DNA of 64,000 bases from Rhynchopus sp. YZ270_cl-10 (GCA_964035575.1 OZ037846.1:372001-436000), one strand, 5' to 3'; counted from the first letter of the stretch, positions 14,401-27,488 are shown. Program-made: numbers and translations. The notes: a model not told the origin generated them from the letters alone.

Positions 14401-17400
14401 CATATTTTTGCTCGATTTATTTAGTGGAGTAACTAATTAGTAATCGTATTCTCGGACAAAAATTCGGGACGAGGTGTTAGATAATTCCTCTGTATTTTAC
14501 TAAGGGAAAATCCCTAGTAAAATACAGGCAAAAATCCAGGTAAAAATCACTTTGTCTCGATTTTTTAGTAAAAATACAGGGTGCAACGAAACCAGAAAAA
14601 AACTTCGTCATTGGACGTTTCTGGGTTCCGAGCTTTTAACGCAAAAAAAAACCTATTTTTTTTTTCGCGAAATTTTTTGACTTAACACTGCTTGTGCTTA
14701 GAAAACCCGAATTTTTTACCCTTCAAAATTGCATTTGAGGAACTCACAACGCGTCAAAACGAAAAGGTCGTTTTTGGCACTTTTAAAACCGGGCTCCGCT
14801 GAGTTCACCATATTTTTGCTCGATTTATTTAGTGGAGTAACTAATTAGTAATCGTATTCTCGGACAAAAATTCGGGACGAGGTGTTAGATAATTCCTCTG
14901 TATTTTACTAAGGGAAAATCCCTAGTAAAATACAGGCAAAAATCCAGGTAAAAATCACTTTGTCTCGATTTTTTAGTAAAAATACAGGGTGCAACGAAAC
15001 CAGAAAAAAACTTCGTCATTGGACGTTTCTGGGTTCCGAGCTTTTAACGCAAAAAAAAACCTATTTTTTTTTTCGCGAAATTTTTTGACTTAACACTGCT
15101 TGTGCTTAGAAAACCCGAATTTTTTACCCTTCAAAATTGCATTTGAGGAACTCACAACGCGTCAAAACGAAAAGGTCGTTTTTGGCACTTTTAAAACCGG
15201 GCTCCGCTGAGTTCACCATATTTTTGCTCGATTTATTTAGTGGAGTAACTAATTAGTAATCGTATTCTCGGACAAAAATTCGGGACGAGGTGTTAGATAA
15301 TTCCTCTGTATTTTACTAAGGGAAAATCCCTAGTAAAATACAGGCAAAAATCCAGGTAAAAATCACTTTGTCTCGATTTTTTAGTAAAAATACAGGGTGC
15401 AACGAAACCAGAAAAAAACTTCGTCATTGGACGTTTCTGGGTTCCGAGCTTTTAACGCAAAAAAAAACCTATTTTTTTTTTCGCGAAATTTTTTGACTTA
15501 ACACTGCTTGTGCTTAGAAAACCCGAATTTTTTACCCTTCAAAATTGCATTTGAGGAACTCACAACGCGTCAAAACGAAAAGGTCGTTTTTGGCACTTTT
15601 AAAACCGGGCTCCGCTGAGTTCACCATATTTTTGCTCGATTTATTTAGTGGAGTAACTAATTAGTAATCGTATTCTCGGACAAAAATTCGGGACGAGGTG
15701 TTAGATAATTCCTCTGTATTTTACTAAGGGAAAATCCCTAGTAAAATACAGGCAAAAATCCAGGTAAAAATCACTTTGTCTCGATTTTTTAGTAAAAATA
15801 CAGGGTGCAACGAAACCAGAAAAAAACTTCGTCATTGGACGTTTCTGGGTTCCGAGCTTTTAACGCAAAAAAAAACCTATTTTTTTTTTCGCGAAATTTT
15901 TTGACTTAACACTGCTTGTGCTTAGAAAACCCGAATTTTTTACCCTTCAAAATTGCATTTGAGGAACTCACAACGCGTCAAAACGAAAAGGTCGTTTTTG
16001 GCACTTTTAAAACCGGGCTCCGCTGAGTTCACCATATTTTTGCTCGATTTATTTAGTGGAGTAACTAATTAGTAATCGTATTCTCGGACAAAAATTCGGG
16101 ACGAGGTGTTAGATAATTCCTCTGTATTTTACTAAGGGAAAATCCCTAGTAAAATACAGGCAAAAATCCAGGTAAAAATCACTTTGTCTCGATTTTTTAG
16201 TAAAAATACAGGGTGCAACGAAACCAGAAAAAAACTTCGTCATTGGACGTTTCTGGGTTCCGAGCTTTTAACGCAAAAAAAAACCTATTTTTTTTTTCGC
16301 GAAATTTTTTGACTTAACACTGCTTGTGCTTAGAAAACCCGAATTTTTTACCCTTCAAAATTGCATTTGAGGAACTCACAACGCGTCAAAACGAAAAGGT
16401 CGTTTTTGGCACTTTTAAAACCGGGCTCCGCTGAGTTCACCATATTTTTGCTCGATTTATTTAGTGGAGTAACTAATTAGTAATCGTATTCTCGGACAAA
16501 AATTCGGGACGAGGTGTTAGATAATTCCTCTGTATTTTACTAAGGGAAAATCCCTAGTAAAATACAGGCAAAAATCCAGGTAAAAATCACTTTGTCTCGA
16601 TTTTTTAGTAAAAATACAGGGTGCAACGAAACCAGAAAAAAACTTCGTCATTGGACGTTTCTGGGTTCCGAGCTTTTAACGCAAAAAAAAACCTATTTTT
16701 TTTTTCGCGAAATTTTTTGACTTAACACTGCTTGTGCTTAGAAAACCCGAATTTTTTACCCTTCAAAATTGCATTTGAGGAACTCACAACGCGTCAAAAC
16801 GAAAAGGTCGTTTTTGGCACTTTTAAAACCGGGCTCCGCTGAGTTCACCATATTTTTGCTCGATTTATTTAGTGGAGTAACTAATTAGTAATCGTATTCT
16901 CGGACAAAAATTCGGGACGAGGTGTTAGATAATTCCTCTGTATTTTACTAAGGGAAAATCCCTAGTAAAATACAGGCAAAAATCCAGGTAAAAATCACTT
17001 TGTCTCGATTTTTTAGTAAAAATACAGGGTGCAACGAAACCAGAAAAAAACTTCGTCATTGGACGTTTCTGGGTTCCGAGCTTTTAACGCAAAAAAAAAC
17101 CTATTTTTTTTTTCGCGAAATTTTTTGACTTAACACTGCTTGTGCTTAGAAAACCCGAATTTTTTACCCTTCAAAATTGCATTTGAGGAACTCACAACGC
17201 GTCAAAACGAAAAGGTCGTTTTTGGCACTTTTAAAACCGGGCTCCGCTGAGTTCACCATATTTTTGCTCGATTTATTTAGTGGAGTAACTAATTAGTAAT
17301 CGTATTCTCGGACAAAAATTCGGGACGAGGTGTTAGATAATTCCTCTGTATTTTACTAAGGGAAAATCCCTAGTAAAATACAGGCAAAAATCCAGGTAAA

Positions 17401-20400
17401 AATCACTTTGTCTCGATTTTTTAGTAAAAATACAGGGTGCAACGAAACCAGAAAAAAACTTCGTCATTGGACGTTTCTGGGTTCCGAGCTTTTAACGCAA
17501 AAAAAAACCTATTTTTTTTTTCGCGAAATTTTTTGACTTAACACTGCTTGTGCTTAGAAAACCCGAATTTTTTACCCTTCAAAATTGCATTTGAGGAACT
17601 CACAACGCGTCAAAACGAAAAGGTCGTTTTTGGCACTTTTAAAACCGGGCTCCGCTGAGTTCACCATATTTTTGCTCGATTTATTTAGTGGAGTAACTAA
17701 TTAGTAATCGTATTCTCGGACAAAAATTCGGGACGAGGTGTTAGATAATTCCTCTGTATTTTACTAAGGGAAAATCCCTAGTAAAATACAGGCAAAAATC
17801 CAGGTAAAAATCACTTTGTCTCGATTTTTTAGTAAAAATACAGGGTGCAACGAAACCAGAAAAAAACTTCGTCATTGGACGTTTCTGGGTTCCGAGCTTT
17901 TAACGCAAAAAAAAACCTATTTTTTTTTTCGCGAAATTTTTTGACTTAACACTGCTTGTGCTTAGAAAACCCGAATTTTTTACCCTTCAAAATTGCATTT
18001 GAGGAACTCACAACGCGTCAAAACGAAAAGGTCGTTTTTGGCACTTTTAAAACCGGGCTCCGCTGAGTTCACCATATTTTTGCTCGATTTATTTAGTGGA
18101 GTAACTAATTAGTAATCGTATTCTCGGACAAAAATTCGGGACGAGGTGTTAGATAATTCCTCTGTATTTTACTAAGGGAAAATCCCTAGTAAAATACAGG
18201 CAAAAATCCAGGTAAAAATCACTTTGTCTCGATTTTTTAGTAAAAATACAGGGTGCAACGAAACCAGAAAAAAACTTCGTCATTGGACGTTTCTGGGTTC
18301 CGAGCTTTTAACGCAAAAAAAAACCTATTTTTTTTTTCGCGAAATTTTTTGACTTAACACTGCTTGTGCTTAGAAAACCCGAATTTTTTACCCTTCAAAA
18401 TTGCATTTGAGGAACTCACAACGCGTCAAAACGAAAAGGTCGTTTTTGGCACTTTTAAAACCGGGCTCCGCTGAGTTCACCATATTTTTGCTCGATTTAT
18501 TTAGTGGAGTAACTAATTAGTAATCGTATTCTCGGACAAAAATTCGGGACGAGGTGTTAGATAATTCCTCTGTATTTTACTAAGGGAAAATCCCTAGTAA
18601 AATACAGGCAAAAATCCAGGTAAAAATCACTTTGTCTCGATTTTTTAGTAAAAATACAGGGTGCAACGAAACCAGAAAAAAACTTCGTCATTGGACGTTT
18701 CTGGGTTCCGAGCTTTTAACGCAAAAAAAAACCTATTTTTTTTTTCGCGAAATTTTTTGACTTAACACTGCTTGTGCTTAGAAAACCCGAATTTTTTACC
18801 CTTCAAAATTGCATTTGAGGAACTCACAACGCGTCAAAACGAAAAGGTCGTTTTTGGCACTTTTAAAACCGGGCTCCGCTGAGTTCACCATATTTTTGCT
18901 CGATTTATTTAGTGGAGTAACTAATTAGTAATCGTATTCTCGGACAAAAATTCGGGACGAGGTGTTAGATAATTCCTCTGTATTTTACTAAGGGAAAATC
19001 CCTAGTAAAATACAGGCAAAAATCCAGGTAAAAATCACTTTGTCTCGATTTTTTAGTAAAAATACAGGGTGCAACGAAACCAGAAAAAAACTTCGTCATT
19101 GGACGTTTCTGGGTTCCGAGCTTTTAACGCAAAAAAAAACCTATTTTTTTTTTCGCGAAATTTTTTGACTTAACACTGCTTGTGCTTAGAAAACCCGAAT
19201 TTTTTACCCTTCAAAATTGCATTTGAGGAACTCACAACGCGTCAAAACGAAAAGGTCGTTTTTGGCACTTTTAAAACCGGGCTCCGCTGAGTTCACCATA
19301 TTTTTGCTCGATTTATTTAGTGGAGTAACTAATTAGTAATCGTATTCTCGGACAAAAATTCGGGACGAGGTGTTAGATAATTCCTCTGTATTTTACTAAG
19401 GGAAAATCCCTAGTAAAATACAGGCAAAAATCCAGGTAAAAATCACTTTGTCTCGATTTTTTAGTAAAAATACAGGGTGCAACGAAACCAGAAAAAAACT
19501 TCGTCATTGGACGTTTCTGGGTTCCGAGCTTTTAACGCAAAAAAAAACCTATTTTTTTTTTCGCGAAATTTTTTGACTTAACACTGCTTGTGCTTAGAAA
19601 ACCCGAATTTTTTACCCTTCAAAATTGCATTTGAGGAACTCACAACGCGTCAAAACGAAAAGGTCGTTTTTGGCACTTTTAAAACCGGGCTCCGCTGAGT
19701 TCACCATATTTTTGCTCGATTTATTTAGTGGAGTAACTAATTAGTAATCGTATTCTCGGACAAAAATTCGGGACGAGGTGTTAGATAATTCCTCTGTATT
19801 TTACTAAGGGAAAATCCCTAGTAAAATACAGGCAAAAATCCAGGTAAAAATCACTTTGTCTCGATTTTTTAGTAAAAATACAGGGTGCAACGAAACCAGA
19901 AAAAAACTTCGTCATTGGACGTTTCTGGGTTCCGAGCTTTTAACGCAAAAAAAAACCTATTTTTTTTTTCGCGAAATTTTTTGACTTAACACTGCTTGTG
20001 CTTAGAAAACCCGAATTTTTTACCCTTCAAAATTGCATTTGAGGAACTCACAACGCGTCAAAACGAAAAGGTCGTTTTTGGCACTTTTAAAACCGGGCTC
20101 CGCTGAGTTCACCATATTTTTGCTCGATTTATTTAGTGGAGTAACTAATTAGTAATCGTATTCTCGGACAAAAATTCGGGACGAGGTGTTAGATAATTCC
20201 TCTGTATTTTACTAAGGGAAAATCCCTAGTAAAATACAGGCAAAAATCCAGGTAAAAATCACTTTGTCTCGATTTTTTAGTAAAAATACAGGGTGCAACG
20301 AAACCAGAAAAAAACTTCGTCATTGGACGTTTCTGGGTTCCGAGCTTTTAACGCAAAAAAAAACCTATTTTTTTTTCGCGAAATTTTTTGACTTAACACT

Positions 20401-22634
20401 GCTTGTGCTTAGAAAACCCGAATTTTTTACCCTTCAAAATTGCATTTGAGGAACTCACAACGCGTCAAAACGAAAAGGTCGTTTTTGGCACTTTTAAAAC
20501 CGGGCTCCGCTGAGTTCACCATATTTTTGCTCGATTTATTTAGTGGAGTAACTAATTAGTAATCGTATTCTCGGACAAAAATTCGGGACGAGGTGTTAGA
20601 TAATTCCTCTGTATTTTACTAAGGGAAAATCCCTAGTAAAATACAGGCAAAAATCCAGGTAAAAATCACTTTGTCTCGATTTTTTAGTAAAAATACAGGG
20701 TGCAACGAAACCAGAAAAAAACTTCGTCATTGGACGTTTCTGGGTTCCGAGCTTTTAACGCAAAAAAAAACCTATTTTTTTTTCGCGAAATTTTTTGACT
20801 TAACACTGCTTGTGCTTAGAAAACCCGAATTTTTTACCCTTCAAAATTGCATTTGAGGAACTCACAACGCGTCAAAACGAAAAGGTCGTTTTTGGCACTT
20901 TTAAAACCGGGCTCCGCTGAGTTCACCATATTTTTGCTCGATTTATTTAGTGGAGTAACTAATTAGTAATCGTATTCTCGGACAAAAATTCGGGACGAGG
21001 TGTTAGATAATTCCTCTGTATTTTACTAAGGGAAAATCCCTAGTAAAATACAGGCAAAAATCCAGGTAAAAATCACTTTGTCTCGATTTTTTAGTAAAAA
21101 TACAGGGTGCAACGAAACCAGAAAAAAACTTCGTCATTGGACGTTTCTGGGTTCCGAGCTTTTAACGCAAAAAAAAACCTATTTTTTTTTTCGCGAAATT
21201 TTTTGACTTAACACTGCTTGTGCTTAGAAAACCCGAATTTTTTACCCTTCAAAATTGCATTTGAGGAACTCACAACGCGTCAAAACGAAAAGGTCGTTTT
21301 TGGCACTTTTAAAACCGGGCTCCGCTGAGTTCACCATATTTTTGCTCGATTTATTTAGTGGAGTAACTAATTAGTAATCGTATTCTCGGACAAAAATTCG
21401 GGACGAGGTGTTAGATAATTCCTCTGTATTTTACTAAGGGAAAATCCCTAGTAAAATACAGGCAAAAATCCAGGTAAAAATCACTTTGTCTCGATTTTTT
21501 AGTAAAAATACAGGGTGCAACGAAACCAGAAAAAAACTTCGTCATTGGACGTTTCTGGGTTCCGAGCTTTTAACGCAAAAAAAAACCTATTTTTTTTTCG
21601 CGAAATTTTTTGACTTAACACTGCTTGTGCTTAGAAAACCCGAATTTTTTACCCTTCAAAATTGCATTTGAGGAACTCACAACGCGTCAAAACGAAAAGG
21701 TCGTTTTTGGCACTTTTAAAACCGGGCTCCGCTGAGTTCACCATATTTTTGCTCGATTTATTTAGTGGAGTAACTAATTAGTAATCGTATTCTCGGACAA
21801 AAATTCGGGACGAGGTGTTAGATAATTCCTCTGTATTTTACTAAGGGAAAATCCCTAGTAAAATACAGGCAAAAATCCAGGTAAAAATCACTTTGTCTCG
21901 ATTTTTTAGTAAAAATACAGGGTGCAACGAAACCAGAAAAAAACTTCGTCATTGGACGTTTCTGGGTTCCGAGCTTTTAACGCAAAAAAAAACCTATTTT
22001 TTTTTCGCGAAATTTTTTGACTTAACACTGCTTGTGCTTAGAAACCCGAATTTTTTACCCTTCAAAATTGCATTTGAGGAACTCACAACGCGTCAAAACG
22101 AAAAGGTCGTTTTTGGCACTTTTAAAACCGGGCTCCGCTGAGTTCACCATATTTTTGCTCGATTTATTTAGTGGAGTAACTAATTAGTAATCGTATTCTC
22201 GGACAAAAATTCGGGACGAGGTGTTAGATAATTCCTCTGTATTTTACTAAGGGAAAATCCCTAGTAAAATACAGGCAAAAATCCAGGTAAAAATCACTTT
22301 GTCTCGATTTTTTAGTAAAAATACAGGGTGCAACGAAACCAGAAAAAAACTTCGTCATTGGACGTTTCTGGGTTCCGAGCTTTTAACGCAAAAAAAAACC
22401 TATTTTTTTTTTCGCGAAATTTTTTGACTTAACACTGCTTGTGCTTAGAAAACCCGAATTTTTTACCCTTCAAAATTGCATTTGAGGAACTCACAACGCG
22501 TCAAAACGAAAAGGTCGTTTTTGGCACTTTTAAAACCGGGCTCCGCTGAGTTCACCATATTTTTGCTCGATTTATTTAGTGGAGTAACTAATTAGTAATC
22601 GTATTCTCGGACAAAAATTCGGGACGAGGTGTTA
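2427..22634. repeat. 408-bp tandem satellite array, about 49.5 copies (20.2 kb)
   Basis: The unit start GCGAAATTTTTTGACTTAAC recurs at 2427, 2835, 3243 and so on. Copies look identical except for 1-nt homopolymer deletions in a few units after about 20.3 kb. The array ends mid-unit at ...GAGGTGTTA. Confidence 0.98.
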
Positions 22635-22999
22635 AAAAAAAATAAACAAAAATAAAGTGAAGTTGATAGTGCAAACGCCTCTGGGACGCAGGCACTGACA
22701 CTCCGCGGGTTATCGAACCCCGGAGTGTTGCGCATGGGAGTGGTTTACAGGGAAGTGTAAGCAGGTACACAGTCAATAAAAAACAATGCTAAAACCAAAA
22801 GGCTGAATGTGTCTACGCACATTTAAAAAAAACCTTGTAGGCAGGAGAAGTATCACTACATTCCTCTACATATAAATCAAGAGTGTTACGTCGTTACACG
22901 ACAAGAACAGATGACCTTGATTGAAATCCTCAAAACAGTTTCATTTATTGCGGCACAAAAATGAACCGCACCTTTCCATGTCAGAGGAGTGCCTCTCCA

Positions 23000-24709
23000 T
23001 CACACAAGAGACCACATAAGGAGGGAACCGTCGTGCCCGGCAGTGGCAAGAAGGTTGCTGTCGGGGGAGAACGACGCCTGAGCAACAACAGCGTCGAGGC
23101 CGGTGAGACGTGTGCGCACAGTGCCTGCTGCCGTCCACACGACGACCTCTGCAGTGCCTGCAGCAGCAAAGAGCTGCCCGTCTGCAGAGAGCGTAGCGTG
23201 GTGCAGCACGTGAGAGGGCATCGACACTGCTGCTGACACTGTCGCGACACCCACACCGACAGTCCCGCTTGCCCAACGCGTCATAAGGACAGCACCACTG
23301 TCCATCCCACGTAGCAGCTCACCGCCAGACAGGAATGCCACAGACACCACGCGCGCACCCTCAGAGGCAACAGTGCTTACCTTCGCACCTGTCGCAACGT
23401 CCCATATCTGCACAATCTCGTCCACCTCACTCCCCACCACAGTTGCCAGCAGACTTCCGTCAGGCGAAAACGCCACGTTGCGCGCATGCGCATGGATGAC
23501 AAGGTCCAAGGCACCGTCGTCTGCACGCACAACACGTGTGCTTGGCGCGTTCCCACCCCCACCCGCAAGCAGGCCACCCACACGTGAGTACGCGACCTTA
23601 CGTATCGGCGTGCTGCTGCTCCCCAGGTCGTGCAGGACGTACCGCAGTGCTCCTGTTGCCACATCGCACACCACAGCACGTCCACCCGCACCTGCAACAG
23701 CAACCGACAGTGCGTCCGGCGAGAACACAACGTCGTGCACGGCAAAGTCTGCACACGCAAGCTTCAGCGTCTGCGCGCCTGTCGCACTCTCAAACACACG
23801 CACGCCGTCGTCGCTGCCAGTGGCAAAGTGCATGCCGTCGCTCGAGAACGCAACAGAGAGCACCCTCGCATGGTGCTGCACCTTGAAGCGGCATGTGTCA
23901 GGCAGGCCCCGTGGGCACGTCGTCTTCATCGTGTCCTGCTCTGTGCATGAGGAAGGTGCGCTTGTCGGTGCTGACGTCGGCTGTGCTGGCACTAAAGTGG
24001 GAACAGGTGTCGGCACTGCAGTAGGCTGTGCTGTGGGAACAGAGGTTGGGGCAGCTGTTGTCACAGACGCACACCCTGTCGCTGTCGTGCCTGGTGCCCC
24101 GACGCTGGTCGCGAACTGCGACACAATGTTACCTGCCTCCTTATAAGCGCACATGAGGTGCGCGCGGCTGGAGGCGGCAGAGAGGCACAAACCACACCCG
24201 ACCTCGAGTGTCTCCTTCCACACCACCTGAGAGAAGATCAAGGCGGAGGAATTTTGCGAATTGTGACCGTAGTTGTAGCAGCCTTCCTGCGTGCAGTACC
24301 AGTCCTTCACACCCTCAGCCACGTCCCATCTTGTGACATCTCCACTAGGCACGACCACCGAGGCAAGGTGCTCACCGGGCGCTCTGTTGTACGTAGGGAC
24401 GTCTGTGTCGCAGGTGGTCTGGAAGCCAGAGCTCGAGCTGATATAGTCTGCCAGGGCAGTACTGTACGTCATCGGGCATGCACCGTGCTGTTCCCTGTAC
24501 AGGTTGTGCTGCTCAAGCACACGTGCCACCTGCCAGTTATGCAGCCGATTCGCGCAGTCAAAGACCCCTGGGCAAGACACGAGAAGGACAGGTGGTGCTG
24601 GAGACGGTGTGAAGGCACTGCACCACGACTGCTGCGAGGCACACTGCAAACCCGCAGTGGCACCTCTGCTGAGTGAGAGGGCCAAAAGCAGCACACACAG
24701 GGACCTCAT
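23000..24709 (-). CDS. Secreted CAP/SCP (PR-1-like) domain protein with P/T-rich linker and C-terminal WD40 repeats, 569 aa
   Basis: Signal peptide (MRSLCVLLLALSLSRGATA). CAP motifs HNLYREQHG, GEHLA, FSQVVWKET.EVGCG and CAY..AGN. PTxxPT linker. WD40-like repeats such as VLSVAFSSDGMHFATGSDDG, VAFSPDGSLLAT and SFSPDSNLLATAGHDGSLLMW. Confidence 0.85.
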   Translation of the reverse strand: MRSLCVLLLALSLSRGATAGLQCASQQSWCSAFTPSPAPPVLLVSCPGVFDCANRLHNWQVARVLEQHNLYREQHGACPMTYSTALADYISSSSGFQTTCDTDVPTYNRAPGEHLASVVVPSGDVTRWDVAEGVKDWYCTQEGCYNYGHNSQNSSALIFSQVVWKETLEVGCGLCLSAASSRAHLMCAYKEAGNIVSQFATSVGAPGTTATGCASVTTAAPTSVPTAQPTAVPTPVPTLVPAQPTSAPTSAPSSCTEQDTMKTTCPRGLPDTCRFKVQHHARVLSVAFSSDGMHFATGSDDGVRVFESATGAQTLKLACADFAVHDVVFSPDALSVAVAGAGGRAVVCDVATGALRYVLHDLGSSSTPIRKVAYSRVGGLLAGGGGNAPSTRVVRADDGALDLVIHAHARNVAFSPDGSLLATVVGSEVDEIVQIWDVATGAKVSTVASEGARVVSVAFLSGGELLRGMDSGAVLMTRWASGTVGVGVATVSAAVSMPSHVLHHATLSADGQLFAAAGTAEVVVWTAAGTVRTRLTGLDAVVAQASFSPDSNLLATAGHDGSLLMWSLV

Positions 24710-25188
24710 GGTTGATGTCTCTTTGGTTGTAAAGTAATCCTGTTGTGGGTGTGGATGTGAACGGCATGAAAAGCAGCTGTTTGGCTGTGTCTTTCGGGTT
24801 GCGGGAAGGGATATCTGAACAAATCGAGAATACGTGCAGAACGGGAAGGGGGTCTGTAAGAAAAAAAGTCATAAACTCTTGTTCATGTTCGTGTAGGAAT
24901 AGCAACAAAACTGTCGCTCTGTATATAAATATTATTTCATGCTTTTTGTCACTGGAGAGTCAAGGTTGTCCCGCTCACTGCTTCGAACACACGGTGACAC
25001 AGCTGTTGCCACGTTGCAAAGCCTCACACGCCCAACGTCTTCGAAGCGCAGCAGCAGTGACGTTGCACACAGCACTGTTCCGTGCAGAAACACAGAAATC
25101 CAGAGACTGATGCAGAGACGTGTCACAACGACGTCGTGCACTCTCGTTGGGTAAGTGCCAGATGTAAATCTGAGCAAACACAACAGTG

Positions 25189-26922
25189 CTACTTCACGGA
25201 ACAGATCTGAGAGCAACACACAACACTGCACGTCCCAGAAGGAACTGCGTGTGCTGGTGTGCCAACCCCTCCCGCAGCTGTCCATGCCTTGGCAACGTCA
25301 AGGTCAGACTGCCCACCGCGCAGGTACCCACGCACAGCAGTGTTGTACTCCTCCCAATGCTTCTTCCCACCTATCATGTACATCCACTCGTCAGCTGAAA
25401 CTGCCGTGTTCTCTTGTTTCGCAATCAGTTCCGCCACAACCTGTGCCTCACAGCCAGAAGCAACCTCCACCTTGCACGGAAGCAGACGCAGCTGGTGTTC
25501 GCACTCAGCATCGCTGAAGCACATCCTGTTGCACACCACATCACACCCCAGCATACGCCCCACACGTTCCAGACCGTTCACATCACGCACAAGCTCCCCT
25601 ACCATGCTGAACCGACGCATCACCTCGCAACCCATGTCACCACGCAGCACCTTCCCAGTCGCAACACCAGCATTCACCTTCTCACAAAAGCTGCTCGCAC
25701 CCTTCAGAAGCAGGCTTGCTGCATGCAGTGCAGATGTGGCATGTGTCGCACACTGCTTCGAGGCGTTGAACGAACAGTGGATCCTGTCCCCGATGAACAC
25801 GTCCACCATCCCACGTCTTGTCTCTGTTGCCTGCAGGGTCTTCAGGAGGAGAGTGGTGAAGAAAGAGGAGTAGGTCGCACTGTCCTTCTCCAGCAAATGC
25901 AGGGTGTTCTTCACGTTCAGTGTCAGCAGGGTTGTCATGACCGAGGACAGACCCAGTGGCAGGCACACTGGCATGGTCTCAAGTCTGCAATTAGAGGACT
26001 CTGTGGATGCGTCTGTTGTCTCTGTCAGGTCATCGTGCTCACTGCTCCCTGCGCATGTTCTCTCCACCTCATCCTGAAAAGGCAGACACGTCTTCGGGAG
26101 GTACGCTTTGTACATGCGCAGGTTCTTCTCCAGTCTCCACAGGGCAGCAGTCATCCCCTCAGGCAGGTCACCCCCATGCACGTCCAGCATCTCCGCCACC
26201 TGCTCCACGTCGTACCCCGCAAGAAGCGACGCAATCTCCTGCACAACGCTGATCGTGCGCCTCATTGACTCCTGCTCCTTCAGCACGTCGTGCGCAAACC
26301 TGCGTGTTACGAAGAAGTCGCTCACGAATACAAAAAGTGTGGCGATAAGGTCAAATGGGGGAAATGATGTCTTGCAGGGAAGGAACTCGCAGTCAGTTTT
26401 TTCACTCATGATCGATCTCCGGCTTTTGTGCTCACCTTCGTACGGCAACAACCCAGGAAGGTCAAACAAACCAAACCTGAAGCCTTCTTCACATGCCATC
26501 AGGAGAAGCCACACCACTGTCGCACCCACGAAACCTGCACTGTACCGTGATGGGACTTCCATCACAAGCAACATGTCCACAACCAGGATCAGAAGTGGCC
26601 AGCCAACAAAACCATAAGTACGTGCGTCCAAATCCCACAGGAAAATGCTCACGCTGAAAGAGTACAGGAAGCCCACCACAAATGTGGTGTGCAGTTGCTG
26701 CTTGCAGAGCACCTTAACAATGCCAACGCACCCGCTAAGAACAACGATAGTAGACCCAAGCACGTTCACTGTCTGTACCGTCACATCGTCCTGATGCATC
26801 ATAAATGCCAACACAGTCACGAGGACTGAAACCACACAGAACGCAAACATGATGGTACGCTTCTTCACCTCGTCAGCACTGAGCGACCCGTCAATGGTCA
26901 GTGCGCTGTTCAGGCACCGCAT
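25189..26922 (-). CDS. Multi-pass membrane protein with degenerate class III adenylate/guanylate cyclase-like domain, paralog 1
   Basis: Several N-terminal hydrophobic helices. Cyclase-like motifs LLTLNVKN, GMVDVFIGDRIHCSFN, AGVATGKVLRGDMG and FSMVGELV. First ATG is at 26922; the ORF track starts at a GTG 21 nt upstream. Confidence 0.8.
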   Translation of the reverse strand: MRCLNSALTIDGSLSADEVKKRTIMFAFCVVSVLVTVLAFMMHQDDVTVQTVNVLGSTIVVLSGCVGIVKVLCKQQLHTTFVVGFLYSFSVSIFLWDLDARTYGFVGWPLLILVVDMLLVMEVPSRYSAGFVGATVVWLLLMACEEGFRFGLFDLPGLLPYEGEHKSRRSIMSEKTDCEFLPCKTSFPPFDLIATLFVFVSDFFVTRRFAHDVLKEQESMRRTISVVQEIASLLAGYDVEQVAEMLDVHGGDLPEGMTAALWRLEKNLRMYKAYLPKTCLPFQDEVERTCAGSSEHDDLTETTDASTESSNCRLETMPVCLPLGLSSVMTTLLTLNVKNTLHLLEKDSATYSSFFTTLLLKTLQATETRRGMVDVFIGDRIHCSFNASKQCATHATSALHAASLLLKGASSFCEKVNAGVATGKVLRGDMGCEVMRRFSMVGELVRDVNGLERVGRMLGCDVVCNRMCFSDAECEHQLRLLPCKVEVASGCEAQVVAELIAKQENTAVSADEWMYMIGGKKHWEEYNTAVRGYLRGGQSDLDVAKAWTAAGGVGTPAHAVPSGTCSVVCCSQICSVK

Positions 26923-27453
26923 CGTTGGGCTTTTGATCCTCACAAACCTTTGCTATGTGTGGAGCAGGGGTGATGGATGGAATGTGCACTGGTGGGTGGC
27001 GTGAGGTTTTTCAAAATTTTCTTCCACAACACACGGTTCTTCTTTTCTACTTCATTATAAGACTGTGACGCGTTGCTGACGGCTTGCTTCATTACGCAAA
27101 GACTCAAGAACCTGAGGCCCTACAAGGAGGCGATCATAGGGTTCGTAGGAGGAAGGAGGCCTTCGTCGAGGTAGGTGTGCAGAACAGACACGTCGTTGAA
27201 AGCACATACAAGTGTCCGAGTGGCACAGCACCAAATACAACCCGGTGGTGCCAGGTTAATAACGACCCGCTTGTTCTTCCTCTGAGGGTCGGTCACCCAT
27301 CGGGGGGGGTGTGCAACATGTGGGGTGTTTTAAGAAGAATATTATTACGCGTCCACTCGACGTTTGGATAAAGAAAACGAGAGAAGAAAGGGGGTTTGGG
27401 GGGGGGAAGAGTTTAATTCTTGAACGCATCCCCACACTCAGTCACAGTTTTTC

Positions 27454-27488
<35 letters not shown>

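Noticed and set aside
2427..22634. Satellite as a CRISPR array, rDNA/5S/SL-RNA array or coding repeat
   Set aside because: There are no variable spacers and no rRNA, 5S or spliced-leader sequence that I could recognise. The 61-aa ORFs arise only from 1-nt homopolymer deletions.
22699..22729. tRNA-like T-arm (minus strand GGGTTCGATAACCC)
   Set aside because: It is a single hairpin with no convincing D-arm, anticodon arm or A-box, so it cannot be called a tRNA or SINE.
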